Assembly (NCBI GenBank): GCA_025201805.1
Contig: MU619245.1
Location: forward strand, 68,697 to 132,696
Length of the DNA stretch: 64,000 bases
Direction: 5' to 3'
Origin: Parasitella parasitica NRRL 2501
Lineage: Eukaryota; Fungi; Mucoromycota
Under the pieces are notes generated by a model. That model worked only from the letters and a program-made list of their open reading frames with translations. It ran no database searches and was not told the origin of the DNA. Position numbers and translations under genes: made by a program. Positions 1 through 12,330 of the stretch are shown piece after piece. How positions within the stretch are numbered: the first letter of the stretch is position 1; every line of letters begins with the position of its first letter.

Positions 1-2
1 TA

Positions 3-434
3 CAGCTTCGAAACCTGTCTGTTCCGCAACTGCAGCTCTTAGGTGGCGCACTTTCCTTGACCAACAATACTGGCTTATCTAATGTCAGTGTGCCAAGTCT
101 ACAACAGGTAGATGGAACAGTCGATATCACTGGAAACTTCAACAAGGTGGATTTACCTAACCTTGTCGATATTCGAGGCGGATTGAATGTTCAAACATCT
201 AGCACTCAATTTTCTTGCGATGACGGCGTGAATAAACTTCAAGGCGGTGTCACCAAAGGCCATGAATTCACCTGCAAATCAAATGTGTCTAATCCTACAT
301 CAGTCATCAGCCATAACAGCACCACCAACGCCACAGCAAACGACTACACATCATCTTCAAGTAAAATTAGTCTTCCACGAGCAGTTATTTCAGCATCAAA
401 CTTTATTTTAATCTATTTGGCATTAATAAAATAA
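3..434 (+). CDS. Ecm33/Sps2-like GPI-anchored cell-wall protein, 3' part (5' end outside window)
   Basis: Frame is open from the window start. Receptor-L-like repeats (NLSVPQLQLLGGAL, SVPSLQQVDGTVDITGNF, LPNLVDIRGGLNVQTSS), a Cys pair (FSCD...FTCK), an S/T-rich stalk and a hydrophobic C-terminal GPI-type signal. Confidence 0.75.
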   Translation, partial: QLRNLSVPQLQLLGGALSLTNNTGLSNVSVPSLQQVDGTVDITGNFNKVDLPNLVDIRGGLNVQTSSTQFSCDDGVNKLQGGVTKGHEFTCKSNVSNPTSVISHNSTTNATANDYTSSSSKISLPRAVISASNFILIYLALIK

Positions 435-484
435 AAAAAAAGAAAATAAATTTAGCATTTATATACACAATACAGACGTTTGCT

Positions 485-1233
485 TTAAATCCTTCTATCC
501 AAAACACTGTGCAATTCCTTGGAAGGCTGTTCTAAAGTACCCAATAATTTGCGGGCAGGGGCTTCAATAACACCAACGACTTGGGCTCTCAACTGTTCGA
601 GAGAAGGAAGCTCAACCACCTTCAAAACATCTGTCTGTGTCAACAAGACGTTATCCAATTTACCACCCAATAGTAGCATCTTTTTGTTTTTGGCTAATAA
701 TTCGACAGTTTTCTTCAATAGATCAGGGTGTTCGGCATCGGCAATATTGGTAGATAAAACACAAGTGGGGCCACTCACCAAAGGCTCCAAATTGGCGAAT
801 CTGGTCTCGCGCAACGCAGCAGAGAATACGCTTGATTTTAATACAGTAAATTTGGATAATGATCCACCTTGTAATTCACCTAATTGCTGTCTGATTTGAG
901 TGAACTCCTTGACAGTCAAGTTGTTGTGCTGGAAGACAAATACGACTCGGTTGTTTTCGATAATGTTGCTGTATTGGTTGTAGAGAAAAGTACGTTTAGG
1001 AGGATGCGTTGTTGTCTTTTTCTCGGTGGCATCTGCAGATGATTTCAGTACCATGGTCTAAAAAATGCAGTATCTTACTTACAAGAACGTATACAGGGGG
1101 GAGTCAAAACAAGCTTAGAGTTGACAGGTCTCATATTACGTACAAATGTACTGCCAGCTATAGCATTCAGATTAGTTGAGATCCACAGCAAAAAAAAAAA
1201 AAATCATAAACTCATACCTGCTCTCAATGACAT
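485..1233 (-). CDS. Mitochondrial ribosomal protein uL10m (L10 family), 3 exons
   Basis: ATG 1233. Two GT-AG introns (1217-1158 and about 1082-1033) give MSLRAAGSTFVRNMRPVNSKLVLTPPCIRSYATEKK..., which looks like a presequence. L10 motifs: HNNLTVKEFTQIRQQL, SGPTCV, LLLGGKLD, LPSLEQLRAQVVGVIEAPA. Confidence 0.88.
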
Positions 1234-1654
1234 GATATACTACAAGTTTGAGATGTGGAGAAAGGTTTGTATGTCAATGTAGAAAAAATGAAGAAGGTCA
1301 ATTTGAACGGGGTTGTTTGGGATGGCCTGCATCTCTTTTACAAGGTCACGGCAGGGTCTGCTTTTGCCCTGATCAACCAATGAACAAAAGATGTGAAGGC
1401 TCTCAATGTGTGCTCCAGAATCAGAGCAGTTGCCAATTTACAATGTTGAAGCAATCTAGTAGATGCCTATCTGTGGCATTTAAATACAATTACAATCCAT
1501 GATTAATGGGGAGGGCCATTTGATGGCTGCTTAGTTATCTTTTCCATCCCTACTTGTTAAATTCCGATTGTCCTGCCTCCTCATAAAGAGGTGGCTCAAA
1601 AAAATTTGCACGTTTCTTTTTCTCTTCTTCATACTATATCCTAATAGAAAAACA

Positions 1655-1988
1655 ATGACTCGTAAGTGTTCAGTCATCAGCTTCAAGCATTTGTCATAAA
1701 GAGTAATTTAATTAAGCAGTTTTCTCTTTCTCTGTTTATAAGGTGGTAATCAAAGAGAACAAGCCCGACTTAAGAACTTGAAGAAGAAGGAAAAAGAAAA
1801 CAAAAAAACAAGTTTGAGCGGACAAACGCTCACTCAAAAGAAGGAAAGGTAAATGCGATTTTTCATCAAGAAAACAGACACTATTTGCCAACATGCCTAA
1901 TAGTGACGCTTCCATCATGCGCGCCAAACAAGAAGCTGCCGCTGCGAAGAAGAAAGAAGAGGGTGCTGTCAGTGGTTCAGGGAAATAA
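1655..1988 (+). CDS. SERF/4F5 family small EDRK-rich factor (about 65 aa, 3 exons; not in the ORF track)
   Basis: ATGACTC|gtaagt...ag|GTGGTAATCAA and a second intron give MTRGNQREQARLKNLKKKEKENKKTSLSGQTLTQKKESDASIMRAKQEAAAAKKKEEGAVSGSGK*. MTRGNQRE and DAxIMRxKQ are 4F5 family signatures. Confidence 0.92.
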
Positions 1989-2848
1989 ACAATTTCAAAT
2001 ATATAATAAATCTTCAAAAACATCTCGCCTCTTTTAATTTGAAGTTTGGAGCAACATTTCATAATAGTTTTGCTGCTTTATATACGTTTAATGATAAATT
2101 AATATGTCCAATAGCCTAGAAAATATTGGTTCCTGATTCAAAGAATTACTTGCTCTAGAATATTCCAAGGCGTTACTCTCGTTCAACAAATGTAGGATGA
2201 TAGACCAGTAAAATCTGAATATTCATACTTGCTCTGCTAGTGAAACCAAAAAAACTACACTGATTGCTTGACCAGTATTCAGTAAAAGAAAAAATTGGAA
2301 TTTACATGAATAGGCACTCATCATGCTCAGGTACAACACACTCCGTGGAACCAGGTTTCTAAAAGACAAAGTGATTCGGTAAACGAAGACTTGTTGAAAA
2401 AGTGCTTTTAAGTGTTTCAGCAGCAAAAAGCGCATGCTATTTTACCTAATTCTGATGAATTGGATTTATGGCACGTTGTTCTATAATACGCAATTTTGTT
2501 TTTCAAGAGTATCAAGAAGCTGGGATGTATTGAGTATCCTTCATTCAGGCTTTGTATTAAATTAATAACTAGCGAATCTATTTCGTTTATCGCGTGTAGA
2601 GTTGCCCGATTTCATCCATGAACTAAATAATATACATGCATTGTTCTGAAATAATAAATTGATGCAATATGACTTTATTGCCAAATCAAGACGATGAAAA
2701 TTGGATGTGCACACATCTCCGCCTTGTTGTTTTGTGTTGCGTTGTGATTTATTAGCTTCACCTCCTCATTTTCATGTATTCTTGATTTTTATTTTTTTTT
2801 CTTCTTTGAAAAAAAAAAAAAAAAATACATTTGCTGGCAGCAGCTGCT

Positions 2849-4074
2849 ATGTTTGATTTAATACGAAATGCCTTCAGTAAGACAGAAGTGGATGCCGAAC
2901 AAGAAAAGCGCAAAAGTAAAAAAGTAGATCATGTCTCGATTTGTGCAAATCGTTGATTTTTTTCTTTTTTTTTTTCTTTTTTTTTTTCTTTTAGTTGTTT
3001 TAAACGTTTATGATATGGTATTACGAAAACCGACAAAAAGAAAAGCATCGATTCACTGATATGATTAATTAACTTTAGCTACAACCAGGATTTATCACAA
3101 ATGTTGGATATTTTCTGGGCATTGGTAAGTTGCATTTTTCTTTTTAAGAGTATCATAAGCATCATCATCATCCATGATTCCAAATCAAGGTATTTATCAT
3201 TCTGGGATTGAGATTGGAGACCATGAGTACTGCTTTGGGGGGCATGATTATGAGCACGTTACAGGTGTTTTTATGGTGCAACCAAAAATCGGGCCACAAG
3301 GGCTGTTGTTCAAGTAAGATATGTATATCTGCAAATCAATCGCAAAAACTTATCCCTTCTGATAGGCAATCGATAAATATGGGTTATACTAGTCTATCTC
3401 AGAGGCAAGTGGGGCGAGTATTACAAGAAATATCAAAAGAATATGTAGGAACATCGTACAAATTGCTGACAAGGTAAGATAAAAAAAAAAAAAAAAAAAA
3501 NNNNNNNNNNAAAAAAAAAAAAAAAGGACATGCGAGTGTTCATTATACTAATACACAGAACATCCAGAAATTGCAATCATTTCTCTGAAGATCTTTGCAA
3601 GAGATTGACAGGGAAACAAGCTCCTGGTTGGATTAACCGGGCAGCGAAATTAGGCACCATGTTTCCATGTGTCATACCAACAGAGTGGGTTGAGCCTCCT
3701 GATGCCACAGCACTTAGTAAGTATTTATAGCTCAAAGAGACTATGGATTTACTAAACTACGCACATATACAGAATCAGGCTCTTCAAGATCTCCTTCCTC
3801 ATCATCATGCTCATCGAATTCGCCATTAAAAAAGCCAAAAGCCGCACCCTCTGCGCCTCCACCGAAAGTAACAACGATTAAAGTAAAGAGATTGTCTTCG
3901 CCACCATCTTCTCGCCGTCCTTCTGGCAGTGATAGCATACGCCTTGTTCGAACACCTGTGATGGAAGACGATGAACTGGACTGTTCAAGTCCTGTCAAAG
4001 AACCAGATACCTACAGTCCAGATGTAATTCGATCTGCCACCCAGTTATCAATAACTGCACCTGTTGCGTTATAA
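2849..4074 (+). CDS. PPPDE/DeSI family deubiquitinating/desumoylating isopeptidase, multi-exon
   Basis: Spliced model gives LNVYDM...GIYHSGIEIGDHEYCFGGH (catalytic His) and YKLLTRNCNHFSEDLCKRLTGKQAPGWINRAA (catalytic Cys), followed by an S/P-rich tail. One intron contains an N gap. Confidence 0.9.
3501..3510. other. Assembly gap (10 N) inside an intronic poly-A run
   Basis: nnnnnnnnnn flanked by A runs on both sides. Confidence 0.99.
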
Positions 4075-4277
4075 TGTTTTTTTTTTTTCATACCTATTTG
4101 AGTTACCATACATTATTTTATAGAGTTATCCTCCCTTTATTACTGTTACTTTCTAGCCACTACTATAATGATTATTGTTACTATCATGATTTTATGTCCT
4201 TCTAAATATACTTTACTGAAATAAACAATATTTATAAAAGGCCCGTGCACACACACACACACACATACACGTTTTTA

Positions 4278-6403
4278 TTATAAATCAATGCTATCATCAT
4301 CCTTTGTACTAGATAATGTAACCGCAGATCGATTCCGCCTTAATGGGCTCGATTCCTTCAACAGAAATGATATCCATGCGTCTGTAAACGATTCTTTTTG
4401 TGGGGGGTTTTCCAAAACAGGTGATATAGGTCCAGCAGACGTTGCGCCATTTTTAGATCTTGACAGACCAATCTGTTCTTTTTGCTCTTCTGTTAATTGC
4501 AGAACGTTGGATATAATTGTAAGGATGTCGTATCTTTTGCGATCTCCTCGAGGAGCTACAAAGAAACCAACAAGTAAATTTGTGATAAGCTGTCTGTCTA
4601 CATTGCTCTCGTTTGCCTCTTCTTTCAACTTTCGCATGGCTTCTACTAGATGCTCGTTCAGAATAATGGCTTCATGTCTCAGTTTGCCAATCAACAAGTT
4701 CTTTTCCTTGATCTCTTGCTGGTATTTCGCTGTTTTGCCAACGTCCTGCTCGTATCTGGATAACGCAGCTTCAGCAATGTGTGCTCTTTCCTCGTATTCT
4801 GTCCATGATTTCTTGGCTACAGCAAGCTGTCTTTCAATATGCTCGACAGCAGCTTGCATCTCTGCATCCTTGGTTGCTTGGAACTCTTCGAGCACAGTCT
4901 GCAGATTAGCAAGACTGGCCTTTTCGGATTCATTTTCAATCTGCTCAGATTCCATTTGGGCTTTTAGTTGCGATAGCTCCAATTTGCTAGATTCCAAATG
5001 CTCGCGCAATTGGCTACATTCGGCATCAAGCTGCATTGCCATCGCCTCGTACTCTTCTCTCTCTTGCTGCATCTGTTCTAGCTTGCGGCAGAGTTGAGAA
5101 ATCTCTTTGTCCGAACTCTCGATTTGCTGTGATGACTCTTGGTCACGCAGCATCATGTCAGATCGAGTTTGATGCAATGCACGGCTTGTACTTTCCAGCT
5201 CTTGCTTCAATTCACTTACTTGCTGTCTCAATTGCTTGTCTTGCTCCAGTCGAGGCGCCAGTGTCTCTTTGATATTTGATAATTTAGCCAATAACGATTG
5301 ATGCTCTTTGGAAAGCTGCTTTTCTCTCTCTTGAATGTCTTTCTTTTCCTTTTCAGTGGTAGATAATTTAGATTCTAGATGTTTGATCTGACCTTGGAGC
5401 GAAGTGAGTTGTTCCAGCTGCCCAGAGATTTTTTCTTTCTCGGTGATGGCACGCTCCTTTTCGTCAGTAATCTCGTTGATTTTTATATTCAGCATTGTAA
5501 TTTGTCGTTTGAGTTCCTTTTGCGCCTCTTCCAGCTTTATTTGGTGCTCTTGATTTGCGCTTTTGATTTGGTCTTGTTGCTCTTGGCATGTGCTTCGAAC
5601 TTGTTCCAGGGTCAATAAAATAGTGGGTGGAGCTGAGCTGTCGATTACCCCATTTTCTGGATCGTTTAATATACTTTGCAAGCTTTGTTGAATTTTCTCG
5701 ACATGATCCGTCTTTGTGAGCTCTAGTTAGGGTCAGCCGCTGACTCTGTATTCCCTAGTCTGTCTACTTTTTACCTTCTATCTTCTGCTCCAATTTTTCG
5801 ATTTTTGTTTGGAAGCCTCGTTCAGCTAATTATACGAGAGAACTTGAGACACATGATTCTATTAGCAGAGCTGCTGAATGTACCTTTGTTTGGTTTCTTT
5901 CTATTATGCTCTGTTGAGTTGCTCAGTCGCTTCTGTACAGATTTAATATAGCTGTCTAGTAAAGTCGAAGTAGAGACATCAGGAGGAGCAGTAGTCGTGT
6001 TTTCCTCGTCTATAGTGGTCGCCGTCGTCTCTAAAATATCCACCAACTGCTTGACCTCTTTGTGATGGCCTTGCTTTGTATTTTGCAGCTCTTTTTCTAG
6101 TTCATTCAGCTGCTTGTCTTTCTCGACAATCATCTTTTCATGTTGGCTCTTTTGGTCGGTCAAAGATGTGTTTAATTTTGCATTTTCTTGTGCCAATGAT
6201 TTTAGATGAGTACCTGCTTGTGTTAGTTTCTTTTGAAAGTTGACCAATTGTGCGTGCTCATCTTTATATTTCTTTTCGTATTCTTCGAGCCTTGCCCTTA
6301 ATATATTCACTATTAAAAAAAAAAAAAAAAAGAGAGAGGCAAGAGTTGGTATGTTTGCGAGAAAGGCTTTATATACTAACTCACCGTCATCAGCCGTTGA
6401 CAT
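4278..6403 (-). CDS. Rud3/GMAP-210-like golgin (long coiled coil plus C-terminal GRAB domain)
   Basis: ATG 6403 (MSTADD, then a gtgagt donor). Long heptad-rich coiled coil. LLIGKLRHEAIILNEHLVEAMRKLK and NVDRQLITNLLVGFFVAPRGDRKRYDILTIISNVLQL match the GRAB region, followed by a FTDAWISFLL motif. Confidence 0.85.
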
Positions 6404-6652
6404 TTTCCCTAGTTAATAGAGCAGCAACAACAATAGAGGAGAAATGTTCTTGAAGATAGAAACAAAGATTTTTTTGTTTTATTTACACCAGTTTTATTCA
6501 GATTGAGCTTCTTGTTGATCATTGGTCCAACAATGGCTGTGAGCATTGAATAAATATGTAATCGAATGACTCTTTAGGGGAACATTAAGATTTTTGTGTG
6601 TGCTGCGATTGTGTATGTGTTGCGAAAATATCAGATACTACTGTTATTGGTG

Positions 6653-6676
6653 GCGATGAGGCGATGAGGAGATGAG
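6653..6676 (+). promoter_or_regulatory. Three tandem PAC-like elements (GCGATGAG GCGATGAG GAGATGAG), with TATATAAA at 6691
   Basis: Exact matches to the yeast PAC consensus in an intergenic region. Function in this lineage is inferred. Confidence 0.4.
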
Positions 6677-7603
6677 GGGATCACCTTTGTTATATAAACA
6701 TGTACGAATAGTGTCAACAGAGAACCAGCAAGATAAACCTTACTAACACACCTGGCATTGTATACATGATGAAGCTTTCTGTATCTTGCATTGTAATTTG
6801 ACATGCACTATATGCAATTTAATGCCATTATGTTTCAATCATCTTCAAAATTCTTGACAGGTTGAAGCATCATTTTCAAAACCGGATGTCAGTTAGCATG
6901 AATTCATACCCGTCAACACAATAAACGTAATATGATATTTGGAAGATACAATTTATCCTGTCACTCGCCGGATATCGCTATTGTCCTCACATCACCACTG
7001 CTGTATATATAAAGCATTTTACCCAGGTGTAATAAATAAGATCTGAACCTGGCGTGATACTTTGATTGATGGCTTTGTTGCGCAAGCAAGATGCTTTCTC
7101 TACCACTTCTTGCGATTAATGGTATCACTGATCATTATGTATATGATACACGTATATTTTGAAAATGCCGTAATTTGGAATGGCTCACAAAACAGTACCC
7201 AATAAAGCATATCTATCGATGTAGGCATCGCAACAAACCACCTAAAAGTTGATAATATAGGCTACTATTGTAGCGCACATCTAGGGCCCTGAGAGTTTTC
7301 TTTTCACCATTATTTCCTACTTGATAACTGACTGCTGCATTAAAAAAAAAAAGTCTTTGTTTTGGATTGTTTGCCCAAGTTTCAGGAATTGACACTAGTT
7401 TTGCTTATGATACGACTTGGGCACTTTAATAGCAAGCCTTTGTCCTACACACATTTAAAGTTTTGTTTTCTTCCTGGCTCTCTTTCAAACTACTATTTAA
7501 TCATGAAAATTCAGGGAGAATGCGGGGGGGGGGGAGGGCCTTTTTTTTTACCACTGCTATTTTTTTTTTTTTCTTTACGCAACTGCTCAAAAGTATTTTG
7601 AAT

Positions 7604-9174
7604 ATGGGATGGATGCATATATCTCGCAACATTTGCGTCAAAAGGCAGTTTTCAATGACGAGACAACTGAATTATAAAAACTATTACCTTACAAAAGGCA
7701 TGCAAGGTAATGCTTTTTTGCGACATTTAAAAAGGTCTCGAGTCTCTAAGCAGAAGAAGCTAGATAGTTTGCTGAGGATTAATCTAGATAAAACAAATCA
7801 ACTTGTTGGTATATGTACGACCAGAGGAACCCGAACGTCTAACGAGGATCAATATAGTGCAGTATCACTCGAACTACCTTCATGTAGGAGCTTACTAGAG
7901 ATGAATAAAGACGCAGATCGTGCGTACTTTGGCGTTTTCGACGGGTAAGTGTATTCATATTATATCAGCAGAAAATTTTATATCAACAGAAATTGTAAAA
8001 GCTAAACCTGTCTTTTTGCTGATAGACATGGTGGATCGGTTGTATCAGAGTGGTAAATAGAACTTATAAATTCGTGCTGGACACAATCAAAACGGAAAGA
8101 TATTATCTAGGTTAAGTCAACATTTGCATGAGCGCATCGAGAATATTAGCTTGAATGATTTCCATGATACATTGGAGTTTTTGCGGTCTTATAGAGGCTA
8201 TTTTAGAAGATTCCCAATCCCAAATGCCATCCGAGATTATGTCGATAATCAAGGCAATCCGAAGCCTGGCGTTGATGTCGATGATCTGACAGTCGAACAG
8301 CGCCTGACACTTGCCTTTCTGAGTGCTGACGCCTCTTGCTTGAGGCAACTTAGAGGCGTATTTGATGACGCTCATGAAGATAACGAAGGATCGACGGGAA
8401 GCGTTGCTATTATTGAGCCTGTTGACAAGAAATCCTTTTGGGAGAGTGAAGAATATGACATCATTATTGGACATGTAGGAGACACTCGAATTCTATTATG
8501 CGATTCCAATTCTGGTCAAGTAGTGTCACTGACCACAGGGGACCATCACCCAGGAAACCCTATAGAAACAGACCGGTTGAGGAAATATGCTGGTTTTGTT
8601 ACAACAGACTCTTGGGGAGATGAGCGCATCATGGGAATGCTGGCTACCAGTCGTGCGTTTGGAGATGCTAAATTAAAACGTTACGGAGTATCAGCAGAGC
8701 CGGATATTGTCAGATACAAGATTAGATCAAGTAATCCAGCGGCGTTCATTGTAAGTGGTGCGTCTTTAATAATGAGCCTCATTGTTATCTAACACACGCT
8801 CATAATGTAGGTTCTAGTGACAGATGGCATTACATCTGTAATGTCTGATCAAGAAATAGTTGATTTTGTAAGCACGTGAGATATAGTTGAAAGGAGGGAA
8901 ATTTACATATTATTTATAGGTTAAACAGCATAAAAATCCTACCCTGTCAGCAAAGAAATTAGTTGATGCAGCAGATCAGTTGCAAAGTGACGATAATACA
9001 ACAGCGGTGGTAAGATATAATAGTGACTCAAGGGGGAAAAAAAAGTCTTGATTTTAATACCTGTTACAGGTCGTAAGGTTGAAAGATTGGGGCAAACGTA
9101 TGCAAGATTATACCAAAGAGCTTCGAGCTTATAGATTAGAGAATACAACCATGAGTAGCAGACAATCCTGGTAG
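7604..9174 (+). CDS. PP2C-family protein phosphatase, probably mitochondrial (Ptc6-like), multi-exon
   Basis: Basic presequence-like N-terminus. PP2C motifs across exons: RGTRTSNEDQY, YFGVFDG|HGG, GSTGSV, GHVGDTRILLC, LATSRAFGD, LVTDGIT, DDNTTAV. Last exon ends MSSRQSW*. Confidence 0.9.
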
Positions 9175-9394
9175 AGTCACAGGATTCGTCCGTGTATTGT
9201 TTCTCAGCCTTTTATTTGTGTACAAAATGTTCTTATTTACCCCTCTCTCTTTCTTTCTCTTTTCCTTTCCCCCCCTTTTTTTTTATATATTTATATACTC
9301 ATAACCTTTTTTACATCTGCGTCTTGGTAGACAAACTGTTCTTGATAGATTCATTAGATCCAAAAATAAATTTGCCCAAACAACAGAAGCAAAC

Positions 9395-10456
9395 ATGATG
9401 ACAGAAACATCCCTAAATGAAGATGACACTTACCTAGGTGGCGGACAATCTCTGGAAGATGAACTTCTCGGTGAAGGCTACCTGAATGAAGTGCCATTAG
9501 GTTCTTCTTTGGCTGCTGAACTTCAATCTGCTACTAGTGATGATATCACGGAACCATCAACCACAGAGGCGTCCATCACAACAGCATCGACCAACAACAA
9601 AATAAATTCAACGGAAGCGCCATCTAAACTTGCTGCCATGGCAATGGACAGAAGGTCTTTATCTTGCGAAGTTATTAGTCCTCTCTTGTCACCGCTTCAA
9701 TGGTCTGCTTCTACCGGCATCCGTAGCCGAAGATCGTCGTGGTCTTCTATCAATGATCCTGAAGACGATGACCCTTTTGAAGTATTAAAGAGACAGTTGG
9801 AAGATTTAAATACAGCAGTTTGGGAAACCAAAACCCTTCATAAGCGCTTGGTTAAGACGTTAGCTTTAGATGAAACACTCCAAAACCTCGTGACCTTTGC
9901 TCCACCCTTTGAATATGTAATCCAGTCTGTAATTAATCTCGTTGAACGTAAATCGCGCGATCGTGAAAGACAGACAAGCTTTCTGCGTAATTTGGACGGG
10001 GCGCTTCGAAAAGAAACAAGCTGGATGTCGATTGAAGCGTTGAAAGAAATGGAAGCATTGTTAGCATCTATCAAAACAACTCTAAATGACAACAACTATT
10101 CTTATGAAAATCCGTTACCGGCCATCAGAACCTTAACTATTGAAACTAGTGCAGCAACTGAATCACTTGAAGAACTGAAAGAAATCATGTATGTGAATAA
10201 GCGACAGGTTCAAGAGCTGAATTCTCGACTTCGATCTATTGCAAAGACTGTACATGAAGTTCGAAAAGACATGCGAAAAATCAACAAGTTTCTAGAAGAA
10301 AAAGACGATGAAGACCCCATTGTGTTAGAGAAAGGCGAAGCGGCTGAAAGGGTCAAAGAGATTATGTGGGGTTTGGATGATTTAGATTTAGAATCAACAA
10401 AGAAACTGAAGCAAATGCAAGCTTTTTGGGAAACTGCTCAAGTAGCATGCACCTAA
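9395..10456 (+). CDS. Uncharacterised single-exon protein (acidic disordered N-terminus, helical/coiled-coil C-terminus), 353 aa
   Basis: Long uninterrupted ORF with an A-rich start context and natural amino-acid composition. No domain confidently recognised. Confidence 0.8.
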   Translation: MMTETSLNEDDTYLGGGQSLEDELLGEGYLNEVPLGSSLAAELQSATSDDITEPSTTEASITTASTNNKINSTEAPSKLAAMAMDRRSLSCEVISPLLSPLQWSASTGIRSRRSSWSSINDPEDDDPFEVLKRQLEDLNTAVWETKTLHKRLVKTLALDETLQNLVTFAPPFEYVIQSVINLVERKSRDRERQTSFLRNLDGALRKETSWMSIEALKEMEALLASIKTTLNDNNYSYENPLPAIRTLTIETSAATESLEELKEIMYVNKRQVQELNSRLRSIAKTVHEVRKDMRKINKFLEEKDDEDPIVLEKGEAAERVKEIMWGLDDLDLESTKKLKQMQAFWETAQVACT

Positions 10457-12330
10457 AAGCTCACTTTCCTCTCTTTAATATATCTTATTATTTTTATATA
10501 TATCCCATACCTCTCTTTTGTCTCTATTATGTCTTTCAATAAAACCATCGTTTGATTCTTACCCTATATCAGCACAACCCACAACCCACACTTTTCTAAG
10601 AAATTCAGCCCAGAAAATGCCTGTATAGAAACCCTGTGAAGAACCTTCCGTTTGATTTTAAAACGTAGCGTTTGCAAGAACGAGACAAGTTTCCAGCATA
10701 GCGATGTTCTTCATGATCTACTTTGTGTTTATATAAACACATGTCTTTTGCCTATTGCATGCCAAATTATACAACATAGGTATCGAAAAAACAATGTATA
10801 TATACCTGCCTTTTTTTCTTTTTTTTTTTCTCGTTTTTTTGGGATAGTAAAAAAAAAGCATGACACATTTATCAACGGTTTTTGCATCTATCTTGACATA
10901 CATACCTGTACATGTAAAGCATTCCCAACACATTCTACAATATCATTGAAAGCCCCAGTTCACTGGTGTAGTCTTTGTTACACGTAATTCGACTTCAGAG
11001 GTACCTGAAACATCATAGTTTAGTTTTTTGTTTGCAGGAGATGTTGGAAATATGCACATTTTTTGATCTTAGTATTTGATGCTTCAAGGGACACACTCTA
11101 TTATAAATTGCGTTCCCTTACTTGCTTACTCACCCACTTGACCCGATCTTTTTTTCACATACACACAGACATATATAATATACACAGACATATGGACACG
11201 CACCGCCCGACATTAATATCAAATTCGTTTTATCAAAGAGTTAAACTATGCCAACAAGACCAGCGCCCTTATGCTTACGTGCAAGCCTAAATGCATACAG
11301 CGACATGTATAAGTTCAAGGAATGGCGGTCTATAAAGTGTATAGCACAAACTGCAAGTATACATGACAAGACAACTATAGGGGTATGCTGTATCCAATCC
11401 TTTATACGGTATCAGAAATCCAAATTTTATAAGGATGTGAGACAAGTTGAGCCATTAAATTTGTCACACATGCCAGAAATAAACAAAAAGAAGACACACA
11501 TCACAGATTTCGTGCATAATGAGATACATGATGGTGTCTATAAAACAAAATATAATCAACATAAGAAGCTTACAATCTAATCACAGTTTGCTTAAATATA
11601 GAGCAACTTTTCCGAATGCCGTATCATACTATCAACATTAGATAGCTCCAAGAAAGTGATCTAGACTCGACAATACTAGTTTAGTTGTTTAATACCAATA
11701 TATGAACTCTAGTGCAGGGAAAAAGGTCAAGCAGGTTTTTATCGATTCCTACTTGCAATAGCAGGTTAAATGTGTGATTTACAAGGTTTTACCACTAGAA
11801 AAACTGCCTTCTGCGATTGCCAGAGCCTCGCAAATGATTTGTTCCAGAAACTACATGTTTGCTGCATAATGTTCAACACCTGTAATACAAGTTTATACAG
11901 ACATTTTGTAGATCTTGTCATGATATACAATTGCAGCAAATACAGAACGTCAGATATAAAATTAGAACAATCCAAGATGAGGCGTTTTGATCTATCAAAT
12001 ATTTATGGGTAATATACCTTGCTAAAATTCATAGTAAACAATTGCTGCGCACAGTTGCCAACAGCTCAGGTAAAAGGAAAAAAAAAATAAGGAGTTCAGT
12101 TGAAAGCGTGGTTTTCATCAAAGAATTAGATCAAATATAGCAGAAAATTGTACTTGTCTTTTGGCACATTACAGTCTTCTGTTGATTTCGACACAAAATA
12201 CTTGGCAATCTAATAATCGGGAGTGTAACATCGTTTCGCTAAGCTTGTCACATTGCGAGTTTAAAAGCAATTGCCCAAACACTTTCAATAGAGATTGCAT
12301 TTTTATCTTTTACTTTAATACTGCACAAAC

